A stretch of DNA of 50,521 nt, counting the filler, from Bipalium vagum (taxonomy: Eukaryota), in the NCBI GenBank assembly GCA_037834085.1. It is 3 parts of 3 records of this genome, joined end to end, with 100 filler letters (N's around TTAATTAATTAA, not from the genome) between each part and the next. Parts side by side here need not be neighbours in the genome. Positions count along the whole stretch, not along the records: positions 33,379 to 50,521 come from JBBMKC010076917.1; 2 more parts are not named here. The stretch is one strand, 5' to 3'. Positions 37,182 through 50,452 of the stretch are shown here, one piece after another; position 1 is the first letter of the stretch; each line of letters opens with the position of its first letter. The position numbers and the translations under genes were made by a program. The notes beneath the pieces are model-generated. The model worked only from the letters and a program-made list of their open reading frames with translations. It was not told the origin of the DNA and did not search any database.

Positions 37182-38260
37182 TTAAGTTGTTCGGAAATAA
37201 ACTAGTGTTTTATATAAGCCAACTTTCGATGATTTTATTGTATATAAAATACGTATGAATGACATCATATGATATTCCAAATTAATGCTTAGATGATAAG
37301 GATCCATATTCTATATTAATTTGTTTTACTGCTTTAAATTAAAGAATATTTTGGCACAGTTTTAAAAATGTTAAGAAACCAGCAATATATCTCCATAAAT
37401 TTAAACTTGGAAATTCTGCGGCAGATGCAACCAGAAATATAAACAGAACTTTCGAAGATGATTATGTAGCAGAATCAACAACCCGTTGGTGGTTTGCCAA
37501 ATTCCGTCTTGGAAAGTTTGATCTCAGTGATGCAGAGGGTCGTGGGCGGAAAACTTCAGTGGACAATGATGATTTGAAGACAATTATTAAATCAAACCCA
37601 TGGAATACAGTAAGAAATATATCCAAGCAATTATCAGTATCTATTCCATCTGTTTCTCAACACCTAAAGGAAATTGGCAAGGTTAAAAAGTTAAATAAGT
37701 GGATACCGCATTTATTAACTGATTATCAAAAACAAATGAGATATGATATTTGCTTAAAACTAATTCAAAGAAATAAAAATAATCAATTTTTGCGCAGAAT
37801 AATTACGTGTGATTGATCTTTTACGATAACCGTAAACGTCCATCTAAGTGGGCAGATCGTGGTTCAGTTCCAAATTGTTCTCCAAAACCAAGTTTGCACC
37901 CAAAAAAGATTTTGATATCAGTTTGGTGGTGTCAGACGGGTTTGATTCATTACAAATTCCTAAAAAACGGTGAATCAATAACATCAGATGTATATTGCAA
38001 TCAATTGGAACGTATGCATCAAAAATTAAAAGTTTTGCATCCAGCAATTGTCAACAGAAATATTCCAATTTTGCTCCATGACAATGCGAGGCCACATGTC
38101 GCAAAACAAACACTGCAAAAGGTAAATGACCTTGGATATGAGATTCTTTCAAATCCGGCATACTAACCGGATTTATCTCCCACGGATTATTATTTATTTC
38201 AAGCATTACATTATTTCCTGTCTCGAAAGATTTTCAATAGTTACGACACCGTAAAACATG
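37182..38260 (+). mobile_element. mariner DD34D element (cecropia/Hsmar1-like), 3' end missing
   Basis: KKLNKWIPHLL, RRIITCD, PKPSLHPKKILISVWW, LLHDNARPH, PAY*PDLSPTDYYLF; left TIR TTAAGTTGTTCGGAAATAA. Confidence 0.92.
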
Positions 38261-38262
38261 TA

Positions 38263-39687
38263 TACTGGCTGACATAATTATTTATACCACGATTAAAAAT
38301 TGTTAATTAACTATTTACTTTTATAAAAATGAATATAAAACCTGAAATATGATAACCTGATGTATTTATTTGTTAAGGATATTCAAATAAGTTAATTATA
38401 ATTCTTTTGTTTATATAATTTGCAATATTTATAATTTATGCTAAAAATTTAAAGGACATAATTATTTATACCGTAATTAGTTTTGATAATTAGATTCAAA
38501 AATTATAACTTTAAATAGATGCATTCTAGAGAAATTAAGAGAACGGTAATTGAAATAAGAAAATATGGCAATAAATATACAGAAATTGGAAAGAGGAATA
38601 CTATAACTATTTGAGGAATAGTATAACTAATTATGTAAGAGTTTGATTAAGTTAATTAAGTCTGTTCATCCCATTTATTTTTTTTGAAAAATCGTATTCA
38701 AAAGAAATTTCACAAAAAACTTACTATATATTTGCGCATTTTAATAATGTAAATATAATTTGGAAATTAAAATTTTGTTGCATCTCCACAAATTTTACAA
38801 TGGCAGCCAATCTGGCAATGACTTATGTATATATATTTTGTAGGAATACTGTACCATATACCTTGGATTTTCTTCCAATATTCCCAAACATTTAGTACAA
38901 CGATGTGTCTTAATTTCCAAGTCATACATCCCCATAGGTTTTCTATAATATTGGTATCTAGAGAATTTCTAGGTAAAATACGTAAATTTTTAAACATGTA
39001 TACGGAAATTATCTCGCATCAATTTAAACTCTTTATTTGGAAAAACCAGTACAGAAGCTACAATACAAATACCATGAATAACTTCATCTTGATATTTCTG
39101 GGAATTTAAAATTCCATTAAGTCGCCTAAGTAGTCGCCGCAAGCTTTAACTGTATCTCTTGTTTAACATTTTGTATGTAACAAACTTTCTTAAGTCTTTC
39201 TTCGGTTCTACTTGTTACAAATATTTTTCTATTTGAATTCATTTTGAATAGTTTTTCATCTGAAAATAAAAACGAATCCCATCCACCTCTGACTGTATTT
39301 TAGAGTATTTATGACAAATAACTAAAGTTAAAAGAATAAATTGACTGATTTAATATGAATTAACAGAAATCAATATATAAAAAAGCGTTTCAATGAATGC
39401 ATTTATCTGCTCTCACGGAATAAGAGGTTCTTTTTTTGGTGGATCCCGTACAACAATTGTAAGAGATCTGCACAATTATTATATGAAGGTGAACCTCCCA
39501 AGCTTGTCCAAAGTCGAAAATTAATCAAAATAAGCTGATGGTTACTGTTTTGCAGGTTGACACACTACAGTTTCATGAAGCAAAATCAATCAATCACAGT
39601 AGAAGTCTACAGTAATTCAATTGGAAGAAATCATGAAGAATCTTGCAAAAAAATCATCCAAGATTGATAAATAAATATTGACCAGTA
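38263..39687 (-). mobile_element. Decayed Tc1 (DD34E) element with IR/DR-like end
   Basis: WDSFLFSDEK and PRNSLDTNIIENLWG. Degenerate TIRs TACTGGCTGACATAATTATTTA / TAAATAAATATTGACCAGTA; internal repeat GACATAATTATTTATACC at 38271 and 38455. Confidence 0.7.
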
Positions 39688-40020
39688 CTGCTTTATAATT
39701 TAAGCATATTGTATAAAGATAATTAATTTAATATTTTAACCATTTATATTCTTTTTTAATTTTCAGTAAGAACAAAGTTTAAAATCTATGTCTTTTAAGA
39801 AGTACAATTAACAGAATAAACGAACATAATTTGAAATTAACTTAAGATTAAAAAGAGTAAATAAAGAATAGTATTTGTTATAATACTTCAAATATATTGC
39901 TTTGAAAAACTTTTTTATTTAAAACCATAATTTAGTTATTTAAAGATTACATTATAACTTTTGTCTTAATTTTGTTTTCTGTTTTATATCATTTAATTTT
40001 TGATACTATTTATATTTTAG

Positions 40021-40320
40021 AGGAAATTACATAGAATATTTTTTTATTTTATTTGCTTTATAATATTGAGTATTTTTATAAAACTTATGATATGGACAAT
40101 TTTCAAAGAAATAATACATTCAAGTGTCTTTCTACAAATATTAATTATACAGATCTTGTTCATTTTATTATCCTTTCCATTCATATTTGGGTATTTCATT
40201 TTAAATGTGCTTTGTGGCTATATATTTGGAACAATCAATGGAACTATTTTGGTGGCTTGCTGTGCTGGAGTAGGACTTTCAGTATCTCGCTTATTCTTTC
40301 AAATATGGTTTTCTAAGGAG
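40021..40320 (+). CDS. TMEM64: TMEM64-like (DedA/VTT, SNARE-associated) exon; other exons not found
   Basis: AG|300-nt open exon|GT. LFILLSFPFIFGYFILNVLCGYIFGTINGTILV..GVG resembles TMEM64 [28 protein letters not shown]. Confidence 0.75.
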
Positions 40321-42082
40321 GTAATATAATGTTGAGTATCTTTGGTACAAATCATTTTTTAATTAGATATTTTTATTATTTTTAATTATTATTTTTTTTA
40401 TATTTATATAAGTTCTAAATTCATCTTCAAATTTTATTTTAATACAAAATTCATTGAAAAAATTAAAAATGAATTCTGAATTTTTATTTAATTTCTTTCA
40501 TCTATCAATTTAATAATTTATTTATTGTGGTGGTTTTAAGTAATCTGTGCTAAATATAGGAAATCTATATTTAAACGTAACCAGTGAATGAAATGTTAAA
40601 GGTTGTTTAAATTTTTTATACAAAATGAAATTAATTTGGAAATTCTTGTAAAAATTATTTTTTTAAATTATTAAAGAATAATTTTCGAACTATAAAAAAT
40701 CAAAAATAATAAATAAAATAAAATAATTTAATTTCTAATTTAAGTTTAATAAAATCTATTTTTTCATTTTTACTATTGTATAAATAAAATTATATAATTA
40801 TAGTTCATGGCTTTAAGTAAATAATTATATTTTTAATTTTTTTACTCAGTAAAATTTTAATTTGGATGCTGAATAATGGATATTATTTTAAATTATTTCC
40901 TTTCAATATATTGTTATTTTCACTTATGTTTGTCTTTTAAGTCTCATGAAAATCATTAGGGTTTTTTCATTCATTAATAAGACTAAAAATTGTTTATTAA
41001 AATTTATATTCTTAGTTCATTCATATTTTCCTTTTTTATATTTCTGTTACATTTACTTATACTGCCTTTTTTAAAATTAAATTTAATGGAAAAAATTATT
41101 TCTTTTATTTTATCTATATTTCATTTTAATTTCTAAGAATGTTGAAAATATACAAAAATGTAATAAAATACTCAAATATTATATCAAAATTAAAACAAAA
41201 ATTAATTCTCTTATTGTAGTCTTAAATTATTGTTAGAATATTTAATTGTTTGTTAATTTAGTTTGCTCTGAATTAAGAAAAAAATTATTTTATTTTAATG
41301 TTTTATCTTAGTTTATATATTTTATTTTCTCGACAATAAAATTAACAAATTTTCTGAATACTAATTTTTGTGTCTCTGATCAACATTTGATCTCTAACAT
41401 TTTGTTCCGCAAATATTTTCATTGTAACATTTTTACAATTAAGGTTTTAATTTAAATGTTTAATGATTTGAACATTTTTCGGAAAAGATTAATTTTATGT
41501 TAATATTTTAGTATAAATAATATTATTGTTACAAAAAATATGTTTAATTCCTATAATAAATATTATTAACTTTAGTTTTTCTTAATTATTTCTTCAAAAA
41601 TTTCCGGTTATTTATTCACACACTTAATAATAATTTTAATGTGAAAACTCTTTGATATTCCTATAAAATATTTTTTCAGTCAGTTTTTAAATATATATTT
41701 TCGATATCATGGTCATATTTCATATAATTTATTCCTTTACTTTGTAAAAGTAATAACTTTTCATACATTACTGTTTTGAGGAAAGAAATAGTTAAAGTAA
41801 ATGTAGTTTTGTTTTTTAAACTTATTTCAAGGTAGAAATGTTATTGAGTCACTAAAGCGTGGCTCATTGCTATTGTATTTGCTATTTTATTATTTAACAT
41901 CTGAAATTCTTAATAAAAATGAAATTAAATTGTTAATAATTTGTGGGAGGGAGAGCAATTAAAAAATGTTTTAAAGGAAACAATAATTAACAAGGTAATC
42001 AGTAATCATCTCTATTTATATTAATATAAAATATATTTTAAACATTCATGTTCTTTATATTAGATATATTATGTTCATTATA

Positions 42083-43266
42083 TTAGGTGTAGGCATAAGT
42101 TTTAGTCCTTTTTTTAAAAAAATGTTTTTATAAAGGTAATATATATATTTTTAATACGACAGGGATTCAAAAAATCAGTCATCAACATAATATTCATTAT
42201 TGGAAATCCCTTTTTGCCATCTTTCAGGTAATTGCCGAATCCCGGAACGATAGAAAGATATTGGTTTTAACGCAAGATAATTCTTGACAAAATCTCGTAT
42301 CTGGTCAACATTTTTGAAACGACATTCGGCTAATTCATGCTGCTTTGAGCGAAACAAATGAAAATCTGTAGGAGGAAAGTCTGGAGAATAGGCCGAGTGA
42401 GGAAGAACTTCCCAGCCTAAATTTTTTTCCTGAGTATGTTTCGCTACATGCGGTCTGGAATTGTCATCTAACAGGACAATCTTACGCAATCCTTGCCCGA
42501 AAAAAAGTCCTTTTTTCTCGATTTGTTTAGCCAAATGCAGTAATTGTTTGCTATAACGTCCCGCAATAGTAGCTGGCATTCCAGGGTCCACCCACGAATG
42601 GTTGCGTTTTGGATTATTGTAATTAATCCATTTTTCATCTCCAGTGACGATTTTCCATAAAAATTCTATTTTATTAAAGTCTAGCAATAAGGGATGCGCA
42701 TGTTGTTAATCGGCATAAAATATTGCTTTCAGAAAGTTCATGCGGAATCCACTTTCCACCCTTCTGAATTTTTCCCATGTTGTGTAATCGTCTCCCAACA
42801 GTTCTTTGTTCAATGCCAAGTTGTTTAGAAAGTTCTGCTTGCGGCTAGGCTGTATTTTCATGCAGGAGCTCTTCCAATTTGGCTGATTCCAATATCTGTG
42901 GAGCACCACTACGTGGTCGATCGGTAACATTAAAATTTCCGTCTTTGAATTGACGATACCAGTATTTACATGTACTGGGGGAAACGGCATATTACCAGGA
43001 ACGGAACATATTGATTTAAATGCCTGGGATGCATTTTTGCCTTGATCAAATTCATATCTTTTGCAAAATCGAACGTATAATTTTTCATCACTCATTTTGA
43101 AGACTGATATTTTGGTTTTTATAAAATAACTTAAGTATAAAATTAATATATTTATAAAATTTAATATATTGATTACCAATTTAAAATTTCGTAGCAGTTA
43201 TTTGATAATATTTGGACTAGTAAAACAGCGATGAAAATATGGTTTAAAACTTATGCCTATATCTAA
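42083..43266 (-). mobile_element. mariner element (mauritiana-like), both TIRs, internal deletion
   Basis: TIRs TTAGGTGTAGGCATAAGTTTTA / TAAAACTTATGCCTATATCTAA with TA TSD. Motifs YEFDQGKNA, WIPHEL, IVTGDEKWINYNNPKR, DDNSRPH, PHSAYSPDFPPTDFHLFRS, ERWQK. Confidence 0.93.
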
Positions 43267-43268
43267 TA

Positions 43269-43611
43269 TATCTTCAGGTGAAGAATCTATGACAGAAATA
43301 GTGGATATTCCACGTAATAAAGAGGTTTTAGCTTCCCTTGAAACTATCAAGAGATTTTTATGTTGAACTAAAATATCAGATGATAAATGTCTCATAAATA
43401 TATTTATGGAAAATGAAGAAAAATTCAATTGAATTTACATCCAAACATCACTGTTTCATTATTTTAAATAAAAATTCCATGTTCCTTCTGCAACAAGTGT
43501 CACGCTGCTTTGTATTTAATAAATTGTAACATTACATTTACAGTGTAATCTTTTTCCCATTATAAGAAACCCTTGTTTTCACGACCTGTTACTTGTAATG
43601 AAGATTGACTG
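43269..43611 (+). mobile_element. pogo/Tigger transposase 3' remnant with right TIR
   Basis: IPRNKEVLASLETIKRFL...IQTSLFHYFK* resembles a Tigger C-terminus. Ends ...GAAGATTGACTG|TA (CAGT-type terminus). Confidence 0.55.
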
Positions 43612-45330
43612 TATTACTTCATTGTTGAAAATTATAAATTTCTGTTTGTATCGTTTTCCATTATTTTTATTCAACTTTATTTGAAATTTGAAAGTCATTA
43701 TATTTTCACTGATTTTTAAAAACTTCTATTTTCATGAGTATTGATTTTAACAAAATAAACAAGTCGATGAAAAATACAGTTCAGAGTGACGCATTAAAAT
43801 TTTTGGAATGTATTATTACCTATTCTTGATAAACAAACATTATTTGAAAAATTCTGTCATTTCTCATGATCCAGTGGTCTATTTTAGAATTTTAATTTTC
43901 CTGTATGAAGCACTTATCAATCAATCAATCAGCAGCTTTTAATTAAAATTTCAATTTGTTCTCCCAATTAGAAACTTTTGTTTATAAAATTTTGGTTACC
44001 TTTCTGGTGGTAAGCATTCCACTTTAAATGTATTCAATTTTCAATTTTTATATTCCTATTTTAAAGTATTTTTTATTATTTTTTAAAATATATTTTATAT
44101 TTGTAAAAATATTTGAAATACACTAAAAACAAAAGAATTGTTTTAATATAAATTTCTTTAAAATAAAAAAATTATTTTTTTCATTCTAATGAAATCTAAG
44201 ATAAATAAATTTTAGTAAATATTATTTAATTTAGTTTGAATAAACTTAGATGTTATATATAAATATAAATGTTTTGCTTGACTTAATTGGATAAATAGTT
44301 TTTGGCAATAATTTAAAATATATGAAAGAAGTTTTTTGGTAATTAAATTCCTTTATATTCCTTTCATAATCCTAATACTATTTCCAATGATGGTTCCTCT
44401 TTCATTGGCGGATGATCTCAGAGGTAATTAAATGAATTTTACCACTTTTAGTGTCCATCATTTATTAATATACTTGAATTCTTATTCCAATTTAAGCTCG
44501 CCATTTATAAAGTTTCCTATTTTATCTTTAGAGTTCAACGAAAATATGAAAAAGAGAAAATAAAACAAAATAAAATAACTAATTTGTTTTAATTTTCATT
44601 TTTGATTAAACGATAACCTAAAAAGTATCATTTTTAATTACTTAGATTTCAATTTATGTAATTATAAGAACTGTTAATTAATTTTATAATATTAATTTAG
44701 ATCCAAAGAAATCAAACAGAATAATAGAATAACATTAAATAACTTTATTATTTTTATAAAAATAAAATAAATGAAAATTGTTCAATTAAACTTTATATTT
44801 GATAAATTTTATAAAAGAATGAACATTATTTTCCCTTTCTGGGAATCCAGTATAAAAATGAATATCAATATATTGATTCTAATTCTAAATAGGTTTTCAT
44901 TAAAGTTTTCCTTGTATTTTTATCTAAGATCAAAATTGGACATCCTTTTTATGATATAAATTTCTTAAATTTATTAAGTAACGAATCAATAAATATTTTA
45001 AAATCTGAAATGTGATACTTTGAAAAGTCAATTAATTATTTTTCAATTATTGTTTATTCCATTTTTAAATAAAAAAATTAATTTCAATATTGATTCAAAA
45101 ATTTAAACAATTTTTTCTAGTTATAACTTAATCCAGCTGAGATTTTTTATAATACTTATCTCAAACGAATGAAAACTCTAAAATAGCTAATATAACAAAA
45201 TCATTTTAAATGTTCAACTACCAATCAAATTGTCATTGATGGATAACCTTCAGTTTCCTAAGTGACATGACAATCGACTTCTGACAGATAAATTGACTTC
45301 TACTTGGTTGTAAGCATCATTTTTCAACTA

Positions 45331-45449
45331 TACTGGAAAATGGGACAAATAATGTGCACACAAATTATAGAGGTTTCATGAAAGCAAAAGTCAATATTTA
45401 ATTTTTATTAACAAAATTTTTTGGGTGCCCAAATTAACAGGTTTCAAAG
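45331..45449. mobile_element. pogo-like MITE, copy 2 (family of 1847-1972)
   Basis: Shared core TAGAGG.TTCATGAAA.C.AA.GTCAATATTTAATTTTTATTA and GGTGCC.AAAT.AAC.GGTTT. Confidence 0.65.
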
Positions 45450-45779
45450 TATATGAATTTTATGTTAAAACAATTATCATAAAAACTATCTTACAAATAG
45501 AAACATTTGAAATTTGAATTTTCTATTTTTTTTAACACTAAGAAAATTGAACGATTCTTTTTATTAATTGTAAACTTTAATTAAAATTTAATATTTTTGG
45601 TTTATTATTTAATAATATTTTTTTATTTAATTTTACTAACTAGTTTAAAATGATTGATTGTCCATTAAAACAATTTATTGTATATATTTCGTATCTTTAA
45701 AATATTTAAAGTTAACCAATCAAATCAAAATTCCTATAAAATATCAACTACTTGTCAAATTTAATTTAATCAATTTAAG

Positions 45780-48288
45780 GTGCTTTTCAAATTACGAAGG
45801 AGCTCGGTGTGAAACTCTGAGTGTCCCAAAGAACCGATTAAAGGTAAAGCTGGAAAATCCGAATTTTTCTACAAAAGCACCGTGTTTATATGGTAAATAA
45901 TTACATTTTTAGTTTGAACACTGAACATTATTTTAGGCTGTAATTTAACAACTAACCACATATTTTTCTATGCGGTTTTCGGATTCCTTCTGCTTATCCT
46001 AGGACTCTTTGTAGCAATTTTTCTGGTGCAGAGAAAGTAATTTTGTTATTTATATCTTTTCAAACTTTTATTATCAAATAGTAAAATTTAGACTAGACTG
46101 ATATTTTGTTAATATTTATGTTTCCAAAGTTGTAATATCCGACTCCTTCTCTTCATTGTGTTCAACGACAACTCTACATATATTATAATTAGCGCAATTT
46201 TGTTGTACTAAAAAATGATAAAGTTGAGTTTATTTTTGAAAAGTGCACAAGAAATAAAGTAAATAACAAGATTACATAACAAATGCCAACAGTGTTCTCA
46301 GTTACAATCACAAATATTAAACATTTCTAAAATCGTATCCAAACAATTTTAACTTTTCCGAAATTTATCGTTACTATGTTCCTGTTCTTCCCTTATCTAC
46401 TGTACGATAGACCAAAATAACAATATAGGAAAGCAATCAATAAACAAACAATAATAATAATAATCAATTTTAAAAAAATGAAGATAGAACCACCTCACAC
46501 GGTTCCTGAACCGATTACCATTTCTTATTCGACCTCTCCTTGTCGACGAAAAATTCAAACTTAAATATTTTAATGAAAGGTAAAAAATTAATTAATTTTT
46601 TAATTATTTGCAAGAAGGATAAACTATTTCTTTAACATCACAAACTCAAAATGAATTACACATTCATAATTCCACCAAACATTGATCATTACTTTTTCTC
46701 AAATCGATTCTTTTCGACACTTGTAACATCCAATATTTACCTTTTTCTTGACTAATAAAATAGATCTATTTTTCATCTGTAGTAAGAATGCGGCGCCAAA
46801 AGCAGTCATCTATAAAATTTTCCAAAAGATTTTTACAGATTTTCAAGTGCCTTTGGGTCTGACGTTCCAAAACTCATGCGAATTTAATCTAAGTCGCTTA
46901 TAGTTATATCCATGTTTTATCAGGTGTTTATCGATGGTTCAATTATCGAAAATAAATCGCACTTGGAGGTATTTAAGTGATCAATTAATGTTTGGTGTAG
47001 AACCTCTTCATTTATCACAGAAGGTTTTCCTTGGCGGGGCTCATTTTAGAGACTAGTGTCTCTGTTTGGAAACTTTTTTGACCAATCTAAGACTATTGTA
47101 TAGGCAACGAAATCTTCGATATCACAAATAGTGGAGGCAGCAATAGTAAATAATCTTTTCCAATAATGACGAATAAAACATCGACTTGCAATTGTTTCTT
47201 TATTCATTTTACTCTAATTATAAATTCAAAAAAACGCATTTATATGTTTATTTAAACAAAACCTATAAATCTATTTGAATAGTAAAATATCAATGATATC
47301 AAATTTACAATATCAATATCGATATTACTCTTTCTATTAATGAGAAATTCAGGAATATAATACTTTTAAAAAAGCACAAAGCCCTTATAAATAAAAACTT
47401 TAATTTTTATTAAGCATTTATGTATCAACATCAAAAAGTTTTGTGTTCTCAAACTGGTCTCTATTCTCAAAATTTTAAAAACATTTATCCAAGAAATCAA
47501 ATCCATTTAAAGCAATACGGAACTAACTGGATGAATTTCGATTTTAAAAAAGATATTACATTTGTAATAACCTCTTAAGTTACTTTGTCGTTTGATTATG
47601 AAAAATAACTGAACAGAGAAATCTTACGGATATGTGAAAGATAATATATGAAAAAGAGAAAAATGTTCATTCCCACAAGGAAAATTTTTAAGTAATTAAC
47701 CTGTTACATTTCTCAATAACTTTTATAATAATCATTGCTTATTAAAACATTAATATAAATTTAGAAATATATCGAGAAAAGAGATTAAGACTAAATCAGG
47801 TTCTATTGATGAGATTTCAGAATACTTATAGAATCCGGTCCACAAAGTTAAATAATAAAGATGTAGCTTAAAAGCAGCATCGTGGAATTTTAGTCCGTTA
47901 GCATTGATTGTTATTGGAAAGTATGATTTTTGAGAGAAATTTTAAATTCCGTCATTCAATGATAACTTCATAATTCTAAGCCATTCTTCAGAACATTTCC
48001 AATATTTCTCCATTAAAATTTAATCAATTTTACACATCTATCGCTTATTTATTAAATCATACAATTAATAAAAAGGTGTTCTACTAATGAAAATATTAAC
48101 AATGTTATACAAAAATGATAGGAACAATTGATTTATGACTTTAACTGATCACAAAGAATATTTTTCTTAATTTTTACATTTCAATTTAAAATAATTTTTA
48201 TTGTTTTAGACGGCGTCTGCAACTTATCAACAGAGCAAATATGGAAGCATTAAGAGTATGTAAAATTGTAAGAGTTTTCCTAGAATGA
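45780..48288 (+). CDS. Membrane-anchored EGF-domain protein (EGFR-ligand-like), partial
   Basis: Exons 45780-45892, 45937-46036 and 48210-48255/48288 splice in frame: xCFSNYEGARCETLSVPK...|GCNLTTNHIFFYAVFGFLLLILGLFVAIFLVQRK|RRLQLINRANMEALR. C-x3-Y-x-G-x-R-C-E is the C5-C6 loop of EGFR ligands, preceded by a phase-2 intron and followed by a TM helix and basic residues. Confidence 0.7.
46560..47220 (-). mobile_element. mariner remnant in an intron of the EGF-like gene
   Basis: MNKETIASRCFIRHYW, WSKKF...EPRQGKPS, RRILTTDEK*IY. Confidence 0.7.
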
Positions 48289-50451
48289 CTTAGAAAAAAA
48301 TTATAGATTTTTTATTTTTGTAATTTTTAATAGATCAATGATACCTGTCATAAAATATTTTTTTGGATTAAATCATATTTTTAAAATAAATGAAAAATTA
48401 TTTATATTTTTGAAACATGAATTTTATTGTGAATAATCAGAATAATTTTCCTCATTACTATTTCGAATGAAATTTGAAGCCTGGAACTTATGATAGGGAT
48501 TTTAATTATTTTAAAAAGATTTACAATCTTTTTTATAGAAATTGTGATTTCGGTTTTTCGAAACTGTGTAACACTCTGATTTCGGTAACTTTAAATTCTA
48601 AGCCATTTTATTATTTACTGATAACAAAATATGGAAATTATTATTTTAGTCAAGCCAAGATTTTTCTTCACCATTCTTTTGTTTTGTATCTTTAGTTTTA
48701 AATATTATAATAAAGAATAAATCAAAGATAATCAGATTTAATGACAATAGTGAGAAGTGTCAAGGAACAAGTCTAGGTCTTATATTTCATTTAAGTTTTA
48801 CTATTTTTCTTATTAGTGTTCGAAAAAGAACTTGTGAAAGTTAAAAATAAGAATATTTAATTAACTAAAGAATAGTTCTGATTTTTTAAATTGATAATCA
48901 ACCTGAGCCAATGAAATTTAAGAACCAACGATATTCAAACATCCACCAACGCTCTGGACAACCTACAAATCTTTTCTTTAAATTTATAATACTTCGATGC
49001 TAGTTTAATTGCGTTAATGTTTAACAAGATATGATGCTTTTAAAGTACGCCCAAAGAAAAACTCAAATATGAACACCTATTGATCAATACACATCAGTAT
49101 TTGACGAAAAATTTAACTTTAGACTTAGAATTCTATAAGACAATAATAACTTAAAGTTTCTTTTCCTGTCATATATATCATTGTCTTGCCGAAGTTATTT
49201 AAAATAAAGTTCAGTCATCTCCGGATTAAAAAGAATACCATAAATTGACATTATGAATCCAATGATCGTTCCACGATTTCTGCATTCTCAGTGGCCATTA
49301 TATTTTTGACTACTTTAGATATTATAAATAAGCATTCATATAAAAATAAGTTCATTGATAAATCTTCGTCCACTTCTTTGTTCTTAAGAACTATACCTAA
49401 AAACGTACGGTGTACGTTTTGGTGCTTGCGTCAGTATGTAAGTATGTCGAATTGACATTCTCTAATTTTATTCTTTTGAATTGCCGCAATATTTTCACTT
49501 ATGCTAGAGTGATCACTTGTCTTATAATCAGTGCCCTGTATGAATTTACTGTTACAAAATCATCCATGTATCGAATTTTCTTTTCTCTAAAGCTTTTATG
49601 CTGACGGAAAATAGTAAAAATACTTCAATAAGTACTTGAAACAGGAGAAAGATTTTTATAATGACTAAAATTTAAACTCTTTTCTCAAGTAATGATTCTT
49701 ACTTAAATTTTAAATACCCAACAATTAACTTATTAAAACAAAACTTTATTTACATAGATTAAAGTAAAATATTCGGTAATTTTGAAAAAATGGAAAAACA
49801 TTGCGATTTAAAAGTTGAAGATCTGCACTTAGTTATTTATAATACTTTGTGATTTTTTTAATGTTGTAAATTGTTTTGTTCTGTTATATTAATATTAATT
49901 TTCAATTCTCAAAGAATTAGAACAGAAAATAGTGAAAAAAATATTAAATTGTCAACTTTTTTAAATTAAACTTAAATAAACTTAAAGAAACATTTATTTA
50001 CAGAAAATTACTTTTTTAATTTATGAATGTAAATATTAAATTAATAATGTTAGATTTTAAGCAAATCAGTCCCCTTGAAACTAAATTCGTGCAATAATTT
50101 ATTACCATATATCTCTTTAAATTGGCACCAGCTTGATACTTTCGTATTACACAAAATCTAAAAATATAAGACACTGAATCAGATCAGATCATTACTTACA
50201 CTGTCATATTCTTGTATTATAAATTCGTTTTTGTCCAATTTTTTTATTGTCAATATTGGTTAGTGGGCTATTTTTATACTCAAGTGATGGTGTATTTTCT
50301 TTTATAATTTATTCTAATAAAACGTTTTAACAAAGTCACAATTTTATTATATTCATTACAATAGTTCACAATACCTTTAATAATTATTCTCTTATCTTTA
50401 AAAAAGTGTACCCTTCTATAAGTTTTTAAGATAATCATATTAAAAAATATT

Positions 50452-50452
<1 letters not shown>

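Noticed and set aside
49555-49580. RYMDDF on the minus strand, like an RT YxDD motif
   Set aside because: No other RT motifs in register.
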